Below are positions 1 to 10,569 of a stretch of 64,000 bases of DNA, in pieces (positions within the stretch are counted from its first letter, which is position 1; the number at the start of each line of letters is the position of its first letter). A model generated the notes under the pieces. It searched no databases. It worked only from the letters and a program-made list of their open reading frames with translations, and was not told where the DNA came from. A program made the translations under genes and the position numbers. The stretch is from an uncultured Nitrososphaerota archaeon (lineage in GTDB: Archaea; Thermoproteota; Nitrososphaeria; Nitrososphaerales; CADDZS01): positions 1,184,001 through 1,248,000 of the forward strand of contig CAWCYI010000006.1 of NCBI GenBank assembly GCA_963799845.1. The letters are read 5' to 3'.

Positions 1-1908
<1,908 letters not shown>

Positions 1909-2083
1909 TTAGTAGTATTCTATTCTCCACTATTACTGTCTTTCATTCGATCCTAAGGTATTTCCACACCGGATTCAGCATTCTATGCATACAATCGAAC
2001 TATATCAAGAAGAGATTATCTGGACGATCCGCACCAACTAGCGCATTTACCGGGAGTGGAGAACGGGATTTGGATTACTGACA

Positions 2084-2440
2084 TCAGGTCACCTGATCCT
2101 CGATATCAATGTCCTCTTCGACGTCTCCCTGCTCGTATGAAACAACATTCGGAAAAATTATTGAAACATGAGCGCCGCTTTTGAAAGCCAGATACTTCTT
2201 TACTCCGTCAAGCCTGACGATACGAAGTTCCGAGTCCTCCCCCACGGCAGTATAATGCCCCTCCGAGTCTGATTGCCAAGTTCCCTTAAACCGAGACTCT
2301 AGACACGCTATGTAATTGTGATCAATGCTGGGTTGCGTTGGCGTCTCTTTCATCGACGTTGTTGGTTGGTTTGCTTCTTCCGCTGAGGTGATCATATGAT
2401 TTAGAACACTTGAGTCCAAGATAAACACCTTCCCCATCAA
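2084..2440 (-). CDS. hypothetical protein (118 aa, acidic C-terminus)
   Basis: ORF co-oriented between the thermosome and cdc48; no recognisable motif. Confidence 0.6.
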   Translation of the reverse strand: MMGKVFILDSSVLNHMITSAEEANQPTTSMKETPTQPSIDHNYIACLESRFKGTWQSDSEGHYTAVGEDSELRIVRLDGVKKYLAFKSGAHVSIIFPNVVSYEQGDVEEDIDIEDQVT

Positions 2441-2476
2441 TAGTGCAAGACGATTAGTTTGTCGCTGAAATAAAAC

Positions 2477-2683
2477 TTACAGAATCGCAATTAATTCGTA
2501 TAAGGTCTTTCGCGTGTGAGCGCTGAGCTTTTCCTTGTATTGTTGAACGCTCGATCTCTCGGCTTTGGTAAGTTGTTCCGAATTCAGGGCCTCGATGATC
2601 TTGTCAATTCGCTCAACCGTTTCTTGAATGTAGGCTTTCGGATTAGTACCTAGTTCCTTTCGCAGCGCTTCTTGCAGCGGCAT
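2477..2683 (-). CDS. small helical hypothetical protein (68 aa)
   Basis: ATG overlaps the stop of the upstream ORF at 2683 (translational coupling); amphipathic helical pattern. Confidence 0.7.
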   Translation of the reverse strand: MPLQEALRKELGTNPKAYIQETVERIDKIIEALNSEQLTKAERSSVQQYKEKLSAHTRKTLYELIAIL

Positions 2684-2949
2684 CAGTACTTTTTCCTCTT
2701 CGAGTTCTCTTTTGTAATGATCTCGATTCGTCTGGATGTCCGTTTCAACTCTATAGATTTGTCGGAAGATTCTACGTCGTTACCTAGCTCAGACTTCAGA
2801 TCATCGAAGTTCTCCAATTGAGTTGCTAACTCACCTGCGAGTCTCCAACCCTTCATCTTGGAAACCTTGACCGCGTAAGAATCAAAATGAGCTTCTTCTT
2901 GTCCTGACGCGGTTAGGTTGGTGGATGAATCTGAAGAATCAGAAAGCAA
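2683..2949 (-). CDS. small helical hypothetical protein (88 aa), paralogue of 7293..7547
   Basis: Overlaps both neighbours; shares W-x-L-A-x-E-L-x-T and RI[ED][IV]I-x2-E-x2-[KR]RK with ORF 7293..7547. Confidence 0.7.
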   Translation of the reverse strand: MLSDSSDSSTNLTASGQEEAHFDSYAVKVSKMKGWRLAGELATQLENFDDLKSELGNDVESSDKSIELKRTSRRIEIITKENSKRKKY

Positions 2950-3190
2950 TTGATTTCTTCCTGTCGGATACTATTTTTTCATCGATTGAGCAGAGGACGC
3001 ATTTCCCGTTGTTGACCAGCTGGGATGCTATTCCGATCTTACCGGCGTGGGAAAGCTTCGTCCAGTATTGCCACTCGTCCGCTTTCGCGTTGAAGTGGCG
3101 ATACTGATCTCTCGTTCTTGGAATTCCATGCTTTACCGCGTTGTCACAGTCGAGACTGAACTCTCCGCTTAAGGCTACGATGATCGGCAT
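2939..3190 (-). CDS. hypothetical protein (83 aa, CxxC near the C-terminus)
   Basis: Starts 25 nt after the thermosome stop and overlaps the next ORF. Confidence 0.65.
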   Translation of the reverse strand: MPIIVALSGEFSLDCDNAVKHGIPRTRDQYRHFNAKADEWQYWTKLSHAGKIGIASQLVNNGKCVLCSIDEKIVSDRKKSIAF

Positions 3191-3214
3191 CTTGTACAGC
3201 TACTTCCTTTTCTG

Positions 3215-4867
3215 CTACATTCCTGGCATTCCAGGTGGGCCTCCAGCTGGAGGCATTGAGGACTTACTGCTGGCAATCATGTCGTCGATCCTTAGTATCA
3301 TGCACGTGCATTCTGTCGCCGATTTGATCATCTGTTCCTTGACAGATACTGGCTCTATTACATCCCTCTTGAACAGATCAACCACACCGCTCCCAAGCAC
3401 GTTTACTCCAAACCACATGTTGTTGGAATCCCCGTGCTTTTCCCTGAGCTCAACTCTGATGTCGAGAGGGTCAAACCCTGCGTTTTCTGCCAGCGCTATC
3501 GGGATCGATTCGAGTGCCTCTGCGAATTTTTCTACGGCGAGCTGCTCTCTTCCCTGGAGCGTGCTGCTCCATTTCATGAGCCTATGGGAAATCTCCTCTT
3601 CAACCGCTCCGCCACCGCCGACGATTCCCGGCTTCTCAAGGACGTCCTTGATCACCATGATCGCATCGTGCAGATCGCGATCAGCTTCGTCGATGACTCG
3701 TTGGCTCCCTCCCCTGATTAGGATGGTTACTGCCTTCGGATTCTTGCAATCTTCGACATAGGTCCATTTGTCGTTCTCGATCTTTCGTTCTTCAACCAGA
3801 CCAGCTTCTCCGAGGTCTGACTTGCTCAAGGTGTCGAGACCGGTTACTACCGTGGCGCCTGTTGCCTTTGCGAGCTTTGTCATGTCAGACTCTTTGACTC
3901 GCCTTATGCTGAGAATTCCAAACTTTGCCAGGTAGTGCTGTGCAACGTCGTCTATTCCCTTCTGACAGACAAGTACGTTCGCTCCTGCATCCCTAACCTT
4001 TTCGACCATTTCTTTGAGCATTCTAGTTTCTTCGTCGAGGTACTGCTGGATTTGCGATGGATCTTTGATCTCGATCTTTGCATCGAACTCTGTTTTCTCT
4101 ATTTCAATAGGAGAATTAACCAGTGCGATCTTTGCATTTTCGATCCGCTTCGGCATGCCCGGATGAACTACTTCCTTGTCCAAGATGATGCCCTTGACGA
4201 AGCTCGTATCTTTGATTGAACCTCCGGCCTTCTTTTCGACTTTGATATTGTCAATGTCGACCACGTAGTTCCCTTCAGAGGTCTTTTCTGCAACCTGCAG
4301 AAGAGCGTCCACAAGCAAGTTGGCCAGTTCCTCGCTGTCATTTGAGACAAGCTTGGATGCCATGCTCGTCCTGGCAACTTTCACGAGTGTTTCTTTGTCG
4401 TCGGGACTTACTTTGACCGCCAACTTGTCCAGAATCTTTTGAGCCTGAATTGCAGCTTTTCTATACCCATCGACTATAACGGTTGGATGAACTCCTTTGT
4501 CGATCAGTTCTTCAGCGTTCTCAAGCAGAGCACCTGCAAGAACTACTGCGGAGGTCGTTCCGTCTCCCACTTCGTTGTCGATCGTCTTGGAAATCTCTAC
4601 AATCATCTTCGCACCGGGGTGCTGAACGTCTATTTCCTTGAGTATAGTAGCTCCATCGTTCGTTATTGTAACGTCTCCCATGCCGTCTACGAGCATTTTA
4701 TCCATGCCACGTGGACCCAAAGTCGACTTTACCAGCCGGGCAATCTCCTTACCAGCCCAGATGTTATTCCTCTGAGCATCTCTACCCCTGTTTTCAGAGG
4801 TTCCTTCTTTCAAAATTAGAACGCGCTGTCCGCCTTCGGTTGTCGCATGCGAAGCCTGTTGTGCCAT
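3215..4867 (-). CDS. ths: thermosome (group II chaperonin) subunit
   Basis: [27 protein letters not shown] and a GGPPGMPGM tail. Confidence 0.98.
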   Translation of the reverse strand: MAQQASHATTEGGQRVLILKEGTSENRGRDAQRNNIWAGKEIARLVKSTLGPRGMDKMLVDGMGDVTITNDGATILKEIDVQHPGAKMIVEISKTIDNEVGDGTTSAVVLAGALLENAEELIDKGVHPTVIVDGYRKAAIQAQKILDKLAVKVSPDDKETLVKVARTSMASKLVSNDSEELANLLVDALLQVAEKTSEGNYVVDIDNIKVEKKAGGSIKDTSFVKGIILDKEVVHPGMPKRIENAKIALVNSPIEIEKTEFDAKIEIKDPSQIQQYLDEETRMLKEMVEKVRDAGANVLVCQKGIDDVAQHYLAKFGILSIRRVKESDMTKLAKATGATVVTGLDTLSKSDLGEAGLVEERKIENDKWTYVEDCKNPKAVTILIRGGSQRVIDEADRDLHDAIMVIKDVLEKPGIVGGGGAVEEEISHRLMKWSSTLQGREQLAVEKFAEALESIPIALAENAGFDPLDIRVELREKHGDSNNMWFGVNVLGSGVVDLFKRDVIEPVSVKEQMIKSATECTCMILRIDDMIASSKSSMPPAGGPPGMPGM

Positions 4868-4879
4868 TTGTTAACTCAA

Positions 4880-4987
4880 CTACTTTGATCGGTTAACCAC
4901 TGACTTAGTATTCAAAGACCTGCTTTTCTTGCTAGAAGTAGTACTCTTCTTCGCTGTAGTGGTCTTCCTTGGCTGGATAGTTTTCAT
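4880..4987 (-). CDS. putative 35-aa basic K/S/T-rich micro-ORF immediately upstream of the thermosome
   Basis: Hand translation MKTIQPRKTTTAKKSTTSSKKSRSLNTKSVVNRSK*; the stop is 12 nt before the thermosome ATG; TATA-like TATATA about 37-42 nt upstream. Confidence 0.4.
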   Translation of the reverse strand: MKTIQPRKTTTAKKSTTSSKKSRSLNTKSVVNRSK

Positions 4988-5091
4988 ATAAATTTCGACT
5001 AGCATGTAATAGGCATTACTTAGTATATACGTCTATACACAACAATGCTTACATATTACGGAGGACTATAGATACGAAGTATCGCTACACA

Positions 5092-5802
5092 TTGGCTCAC
5101 AACAACAACACTGTTCCAGTTGCAGTAGAATCAATTGTCACACATAATCAAGCAATTTACACCTGCCTGAAGCTGAAGATAGTCAATTATCACGCACTCG
5201 CCGCTGTCATCAAACTGGAGGTCGAAAAATTAACGGGCAGGATCACGACGATAAATACGCTAGTCGTCGCCATAAAGCGCTATTCGGACACTTTGAAAGA
5301 GGAGAAGAGACTGCCTCCGTCCGACATTCTAAGAGATGCCACGATAACGCTCACCAGCAACGTTGCAGACATTACGATCAGGCCGACAAAGGCTGAGTTT
5401 ACAAGTGTTCTGAAAAAAATCGTAGAGATTTCTTCCCAGCTCGACGAACCACTCGATCTTTTCAAATCCTCGAACCTCATCAAACTGGTGGCGGAGGAAA
5501 AAGAGTACAAATCCGTTATACGCGCGGAGTTGGGGAAATCGCGAATTTCGAGTGAACTGATGGGATTATCAAAATTAACTCTTCATCTCTCACCTCTAGC
5601 AGTTAAAGAACCGGGATTTGCCGTTTTCATTTCTGAACTGCTGTATCGGAAGGGGATCAACGTCGTCCAGTCTTACATCGACGAGGATGCGATCTTCCTT
5701 GTCAACAAGGCAGATGCCCCGAGGGCTTACGAAATACTGGACCAAGAAATCATGAGGAGCAAGGAATCGCAGCCGACTCTGAAAATCCGGCGCAAGCGTT
5801 AA
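5092..5802 (+). CDS. archaeal HTH + ACT-domain-like protein
   Basis: N-terminal IVNYHALA...TLVVAIKRY and a C-terminal ACT-like PGFAVFISELLYRKGINV pattern, typical of this archaeal family. Confidence 0.75.
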   Translation: MAHNNNTVPVAVESIVTHNQAIYTCLKLKIVNYHALAAVIKLEVEKLTGRITTINTLVVAIKRYSDTLKEEKRLPPSDILRDATITLTSNVADITIRPTKAEFTSVLKKIVEISSQLDEPLDLFKSSNLIKLVAEEKEYKSVIRAELGKSRISSELMGLSKLTLHLSPLAVKEPGFAVFISELLYRKGINVVQSYIDEDAIFLVNKADAPRAYEILDQEIMRSKESQPTLKIRRKR

Positions 5803-5861
5803 TGTGTACCCAAGTAAGTTCAATGCTCTCTTCTATCTGGCAGTGCCTGGTCTGAGAACCT

Positions 5862-6263
5862 TTGAAGAATGTTTGTAAGAGTCACCACTGCGTCAGCTGC
5901 TGTTATGACACCCAGATGCTGCTCTTGGAGGAGGATGTCAAGAGAATAGCTGGACTGGGCTTCAAAGAGCAGTTTTTCGCCTGGGGCTCCGATGGCTACA
6001 AAGTTCTCAAGAATAGCAGCGCCGGCAGATGCGTCTTTCATGATGGAAAGCAGTGCACGATCTACGAGAATCGACCGGAGGGGTGCAAGCTTTACCCGGT
6101 TGTCTACGACGAAGGTCTGATGTTACCTCTGAAGGATGAACTGTGTCCCTACCGGGATGAATTTGCCATGCCTTGGAAGACCAAAGTTGAACTACGGAAT
6201 ACATTCCAGAAGCTGGTCAGCGAGAGACTTTCAAGAATTGAGAAAACTGAGGACAAAGCCTAG
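5862..6263 (+). CDS. YkgJ-family (CxxCxxCC) Fe-S/Zn cluster protein
   Basis: CKSHHCVSCC...CVF...CTIYENRPEGCKLYP. Confidence 0.9.
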   Translation: MKNVCKSHHCVSCCYDTQMLLLEEDVKRIAGLGFKEQFFAWGSDGYKVLKNSSAGRCVFHDGKQCTIYENRPEGCKLYPVVYDEGLMLPLKDELCPYRDEFAMPWKTKVELRNTFQKLVSERLSRIEKTEDKA

Positions 6264-6516
6264 AGCTGGCATCTGTTAATCTGCAATGCGTGCGAATTTT
6301 GGATCGCAACTGAACAAAGCACGAGAATCCTCGAAAACCAATGCAATAAATCTTGGAATTAACCCAATTCTTCGAAGGGTACACCTTTCTCGGAAATATA
6401 ACAACTAATTTTTGAATAATCCTATGAGGGATGTTCCTTCACTCGGATTCAGGCGTTCACGATGCCTTATATGCTAGGACAACTAAAGATACAGATTACG
6501 GTAGCGTAATAAAATA

Positions 6517-6858
6517 ATGAGTTACGGAAGCGGAAACAGAAACAGATACGGCGGAGGAAGTTATGGCGGTAGCCGAGATCAATTCGGCGGATCTTCAATG
6601 GGTCAAGGCCCTAAACCTGTAGAAGCAGGTAAGGAATACGAAGTAGAAGTAACCGAACTTTCAAGGCGAGGCGACGGAGTCGCGAAGATTCAAGGTTTCG
6701 TCATCTTCGTAAAGGGAGCTAAGATTGGGGACAAAGTAAAGATCAAAGTTGAAACGGTGGGGCCACGGTTTGCAACAGCGACGGCGTTACAACCCGCTGG
6801 GAAGACTGAGCCTTCAACTACTGGTTCAAGTTCGTCGGTAACCGAACCCGTTCAATAG
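6517..6858 (+). CDS. single-TRAM-domain RNA-binding (cold-shock-like) protein
   Basis: KPVEAGKEYEVEVTELSRRGDGVAKIQGFVIFV with a Gly/Tyr/Arg-rich N-tail; TTATAT box about 45-50 nt upstream. Confidence 0.93.
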   Translation: MSYGSGNRNRYGGGSYGGSRDQFGGSSMGQGPKPVEAGKEYEVEVTELSRRGDGVAKIQGFVIFVKGAKIGDKVKIKVETVGPRFATATALQPAGKTEPSTTGSSSSVTEPVQ

Positions 6859-6881
6859 TTAACAAAACTAATATTTTGACG

Positions 6882-6928
6882 AAGAGTCTCTCCGTTTTTT
6901 TGGAGACTCTTTCGCCATCACTTTTTTT
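6882..6928 (+). terminator. hairpin plus T-tract after the TRAM gene
   Basis: AAGAGTCTC...GAGACTCTT 9-bp inverted repeat followed by CTTTTTTT. Confidence 0.6.
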
Positions 6929-6985
6929 GCCCATTGGGATAATCATAATAAATTTACATCGTCGTTTTTCTTCAGTTGTCCACGT

Positions 6986-7159
6986 TTGCCTTTAGTCATA
7001 ATATGCAAGAATAGGAAATGTGGATTCCGGCATCCCTCAGAATTACAGATGGATAAGAAGGCCTTCAGGATTGCCGTGATTGAAAATAATCCGGAGAAAT
7101 GCCCTAAGTGCGGGAAGCACACCCTATACAACAAGGAAGATTATTTCTTTAGCAATTAA
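6986..7159 (+). CDS. 57-aa CPxCG-type zinc-ribbon micro-protein
   Basis: Below the ORF-track cutoff; hand translation from TTG: MPLVIICKNRKCGFRHPSELQMDKKAFRIAVIENNPEKCPKCGKHTLYNKEDYFFSN*. Confidence 0.8.
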   Translation: MPLVIICKNRKCGFRHPSELQMDKKAFRIAVIENNPEKCPKCGKHTLYNKEDYFFSN

Positions 7160-7292
7160 ATGCTGATGAAATTTCAGTTCGGTATTTTACTTAATGCACT
7201 TTGAAATGATATTTTTTCTGTTAAAAGGCCCCCTGACGAATTAAAGTCGATATTCTTTCATGTTTTAATAGCTGGGAGTAATATCTACAGCC

Positions 7293-7547
7293 ATGGAAAC
7301 CGGATCGAAATCTGAGGTAGAGCTGGTGCGAGCAAAGAGATGGGCCGGAACTGCGCGTGATTGGGATCTTGCTCGAGAACTCGACACATGCAAACAAACT
7401 CGCGATTCGTGCCAGAGACAGATCGGTTTGCTCCCCATAAAAACGGATCAGAGCGACTATAATTCCCTGATATCACGAAGTACGCTCAATCAGCAGCGCA
7501 TAGATGTAATCGAAGAAGAAATAGTCAGACGAAAGGGAAGACTCTAG
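7293..7547 (+). CDS. small helical hypothetical protein (84 aa), paralogue of 2683..2949
   Basis: ATG start; motif similarity to 2683..2949. Confidence 0.7.
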   Translation: METGSKSEVELVRAKRWAGTARDWDLARELDTCKQTRDSCQRQIGLLPIKTDQSDYNSLISRSTLNQQRIDVIEEEIVRRKGRL

Positions 7548-7780
7548 CAAAAAGTGCTTCGATACTTCACTTTCAGCGGAGGCCGCGATATAATTTCCGC
7601 GATAAAGTTGAATTGGCCCGCTTATCGAGTTCCTAGATTCCATCTTGGAACTTCAATTCAAAATATTGCTATAACTATCGATTTTCCAACTGGAATTATG
7701 GAATTTCACGTAGAGACAGCTAATTCTTGGCAGTTTTTCGGCGCATTTTCTAGTTTGTAGCGCAATTTTACAGTGGGCGC

Positions 7781-7789
7781 TTTATATAT
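7781..7789 (+). promoter_or_regulatory. TATA box of tbp
   Basis: TTTATATAT about 21-29 nt upstream of the tbp start (leaderless geometry). Confidence 0.65.
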
Positions 7790-7809
7790 CCTGCTTTTAA
7801 TATAATACA

Positions 7810-8385
7810 GTGATGTCAGCTCTCCTTCCGCAGACAAAGGCGCTAATCAGTATAGAGAATGTCGTTGCATCTGCAAGCGTAGATCAAAGAATTGATCTCA
7901 ACGAAATTACTCGTTCCTTTGCAGATGTCGAGTACCACCCGGATCAATTTCCAGGCCTGGTGTTCAGATTAAAGTTTCCAAAAACAGCCACTCTGATTTT
8001 CAGCTCAGGCAAGATGGTCTGCACTGGCGCTAAATCCTCTGAACAGTCTGTAAAGGCTGTGAAGGCTGTCGTTCAAAAGTTGCGGAAAGGCGGCATTCAG
8101 ATCAAAAATGATGCGACCGTCGTCATCCAGAATATCGTCGCTTCAGCTTCTCTTGGTGGCAAGGTTCACCTTGAAGATGCGGCCAGACAACTTCCAAAAT
8201 CGATGTACGAACCCGAGCAGTTCCCGGGTTTGATCCACCGTATGGCGGAACCGAAAACTGTGATCCTGCTATTTGCTTCCGGGAAACTCGTGTGCACCGG
8301 TGCAAAGACCGAGGCCGACGTTTACAACGCCGTGAATAACCTTCACATGACTCTGGAACAGAAAGGGCTCATCAGTTACGCTTGA
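7810..8385 (+). CDS. tbp: TATA-box binding protein
   Basis: Two internal repeats: ENVVAS...YHPDQFPGLVFR...LIFSSGKMVCTGAK and QNIVAS...YEPEQFPGLIHR...LFASGKLVCTGAK. Confidence 0.98.
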   Translation: MMSALLPQTKALISIENVVASASVDQRIDLNEITRSFADVEYHPDQFPGLVFRLKFPKTATLIFSSGKMVCTGAKSSEQSVKAVKAVVQKLRKGGIQIKNDATVVIQNIVASASLGGKVHLEDAARQLPKSMYEPEQFPGLIHRMAEPKTVILLFASGKLVCTGAKTEADVYNAVNNLHMTLEQKGLISYA

Positions 8386-8733
8386 ATGAACGCACCTCTT
8401 GCGTAAGTTGCCTCTCCCTTACTTTCAGAGTTTCAAGCTATTCGCTATTTCCGAAATGTCCTCAGGGAGAATTCTGAATACCCAACTTCAATTGTTTTTG
8501 AAGCTGGCGAAATAATCTTCAGTATTCTGTACCAAATACCTGAGATGTGATCTCATCTAACATCTGAGCAACAAATCGTAGATTAAGATCCGGGCGTTTG
8601 ACCCGCGGAGAATCGAAATATCACATTTTTGATGGCCCTTCCTACTTATCACTCAACGAAGGGAGCGTCAGGCGGGATCATGAGCCCTCGGAGTACAATC
8701 TACTCACGTTTCAACTTCTAACAATAACGCAAT

Positions 8734-8758
8734 TAAGTTTTGTAAGTTTGTAAGTTTG
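8734..8758. repeat. short tandem repeat TAAGTTT(T)G x3
   Basis: TAAGTTTTG TAAGTTTG TAAGTTTG read directly. Confidence 0.7.
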
Positions 8759-8946
8759 TAGGGCTTTCGCGATCGTCTCGCTACGAAGATAAAGAACATT
8801 GGATACAAAGGATTCCTAGGAAATCTTTTTCATTCATTTTTCATTTTAGTAAGATTCTTGAGAATCAAAGATATTTCTTTTTGCTAATGCCAAGTCTTCA
8901 TTGATTTAAGAAATAAGAGAATGCAGGATCCCCTGAAGCTTGTTGT

Positions 8947-8984
8947 AAAAAGGTGGGACAGGCAAGTCAACCGCCTTACTTGCC
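8947..8984 (-). terminator. hairpin plus T-tract downstream of the 46-aa peptide gene
   Basis: GGCAAGT(8961-67)/ACTTGCC(8978-84) stem, followed on the minus strand by TGTCCCACCTTTTT. Confidence 0.6.
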
Positions 8985-9014
8985 CTAATTGCAGATTGAT
9001 AGGCGCTCTTTGAC

Positions 9015-9155
9015 CTAACCAGAGCCGCCGCCGCCTATGACATCCAACAGAGGATGTTTTGCGGTTTCTAGATGTCCGAAGTGCGCCGCAACGGCGATTG
9101 CGGAAACTATGGAGAGTGCGATTAGTCCTTGTTTGATTCTTTCGTCGATGGACAT
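9015..9155 (-). CDS. 46-aa putative secreted/membrane propeptide with a Gly-rich C-terminus
   Basis: Hand translation MSIDERIKQGLIALSIVSAIAVAAHFGHLETAKHPLLDVIGGGGSG*; charged n-region then a ~14-aa hydrophobic h-region; AAGGTG upstream; terminator downstream. Confidence 0.7.
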   Translation of the reverse strand: MSIDERIKQGLIALSIVSAIAVAAHFGHLETAKHPLLDVIGGGGSG

Positions 9156-9199
9156 GAGCCAGTTGGTTTGGCACCTTTTAGAAATATGTTTCGGTTTTA

Positions 9200-9232
9200 G
9201 CGGAAAAAGTGTTTATATTCAGTGATATATAG
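9200..9232. promoter_or_regulatory. candidate divergent TATA elements between the peptide gene and the regulator
   Basis: GCGGAAAAAGTG-TTTATAT (BRE/TATA-like on plus; TATAAA on minus) and GATATATAG. Confidence 0.45.
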
Positions 9233-9414
9233 CATTACTATCTTTTAAAAGAGCCAGATTAGACCTTGAATGAGAAAGTTTTGGCTGCGCTCTTCGGACT
9301 CAAAGGGCAGAAATAATAGCTGGAAACGTGACCAAACCAGAAGAACCTGTGTCGCTCCGCTTCACTTATCATAAATACGGCAAACGAGTGTAGAACTGGG
9401 TTGGGAGACCATAA

Positions 9415-10542
9415 TTGAGAATTCCAGCCGATGATGTTTCCGAGTTTCTTACAAGACTCTCCCCCTTCGTGGACGACGATGGCGCGCGTAATCTTAACAA
9501 GATCTCGGAGGAACTCTCGATACCTTATCAGACTCTGAGATTTAGGATGCAGCGCCTAAAAGACCAAGGTATTACTATAACTGCATTGGTAGATCCGGAG
9601 AAATTTGGACTTTCAAGGTTCAGAGTCAGTCTAGACGTTTCGTCCGACCTTACCGATGTCATTTCTTTCTTCGGAAGCCTTCATCAGAATGCTGGTCTGC
9701 ATTACTTTGCGCGTTCCCTATCCTCTCACTCGTTTGATTGCGAATTCATGATACCGGGGCGCAAGGTGGGAGAGCTATCGAAGCTTCTGAAGTCACTCGA
9801 GGAGATGAAACTTGTCGAAAATTTCAATTTGCGCAAGATCGTCTGGAAGGAGATAATTGGGATGAAGACCAAGTATTACGATTACGTAAACGGCGTATGG
9901 GACATTGACTTTTCTCGCCTGTCGGGCAATCCATCAGACTTCAAGGCTCACCCGACGACAGATTCCTCGTCACTCTCTTCGATTAAGAACAAGTTCGACA
10001 GCATTGATTTGCAGATAATCAAAACGTTGCAGTTGGATCCGTGGACAAAATCCGTTGACATTGCTAGAAGACTGAATCTGACCGACAGCGATATTTCATA
10101 CCACATGAGAAACCACGTCTTTGGATCGAAGATGATTCGTGGCTTCAAGTTTACGTGGATAGGCAGCAAAGATGCGCGGGCGAAACACACAGTTCTTCTA
10201 ATTACTTATGACTTCAGATCATTATCGGAGGACCTCGCCAGGCATGCGATGTCTATATTCACTGCATGCCCTTTTACCTGGAATCACGTGTTGATCGAAA
10301 ATGGCGAGTACATGGCAGAGTTGATGATCCCCGTTTCGCAGATGCCAGATACATTGCAATATATTGCGAACAGACTGAGACCGCTCAAGCTCAAACCCGA
10401 CGAGATGGGATATGTTGATTGGTCCTGCTCGCTGAACTATACAATCCCTTACTTTATGTACGATGTCGAGGCTGGCTGGCAGTTTGACAGTGAAAGAAGC
10501 CTAGGCCACATCATCCAGATGATAAAGAAAGAACAGACGTAG
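9415..10542 (+). CDS. tandem Lrp/AsnC-type winged-helix transcriptional regulator (375 aa)
   Basis: Two HTH segments (NLNKISEELSIPYQTLRFRMQRL; DSIDLQIIKTLQLDP..SVDIARRLNLTDSDISYH), each followed by an alpha/beta effector-like region. Confidence 0.8.
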   Translation: MRIPADDVSEFLTRLSPFVDDDGARNLNKISEELSIPYQTLRFRMQRLKDQGITITALVDPEKFGLSRFRVSLDVSSDLTDVISFFGSLHQNAGLHYFARSLSSHSFDCEFMIPGRKVGELSKLLKSLEEMKLVENFNLRKIVWKEIIGMKTKYYDYVNGVWDIDFSRLSGNPSDFKAHPTTDSSSLSSIKNKFDSIDLQIIKTLQLDPWTKSVDIARRLNLTDSDISYHMRNHVFGSKMIRGFKFTWIGSKDARAKHTVLLITYDFRSLSEDLARHAMSIFTACPFTWNHVLIENGEYMAELMIPVSQMPDTLQYIANRLRPLKLKPDEMGYVDWSCSLNYTIPYFMYDVEAGWQFDSERSLGHIIQMIKKEQT

Positions 10543-10569
10543 AAGGGTCAGACCCGGTTATTGAGGCGA

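Noticed and set aside
1920-1990. Chain of 15-aa and 8-aa micro-ORFs upstream of cdc48 (minus strand)
   Set aside because: Too short and featureless; expected by chance.
8661-8690. Possible tRNA 3'-end/att remnant (minus strand GAGGGCTCATGATCCCGCCTGACGCTCCC) near the edge of the catabolic region
   Set aside because: The T-loop lacks TTCRA, the stem is imperfect, there is no rest of a cloverleaf and no integrase in the window; too weak to call.
8884-9225. Track ORFs 8884..9174(-) and 9037..9225(+)
   Set aside because: Protein-unlike composition; they overlap the better-supported 46-aa peptide ORF in other frames.
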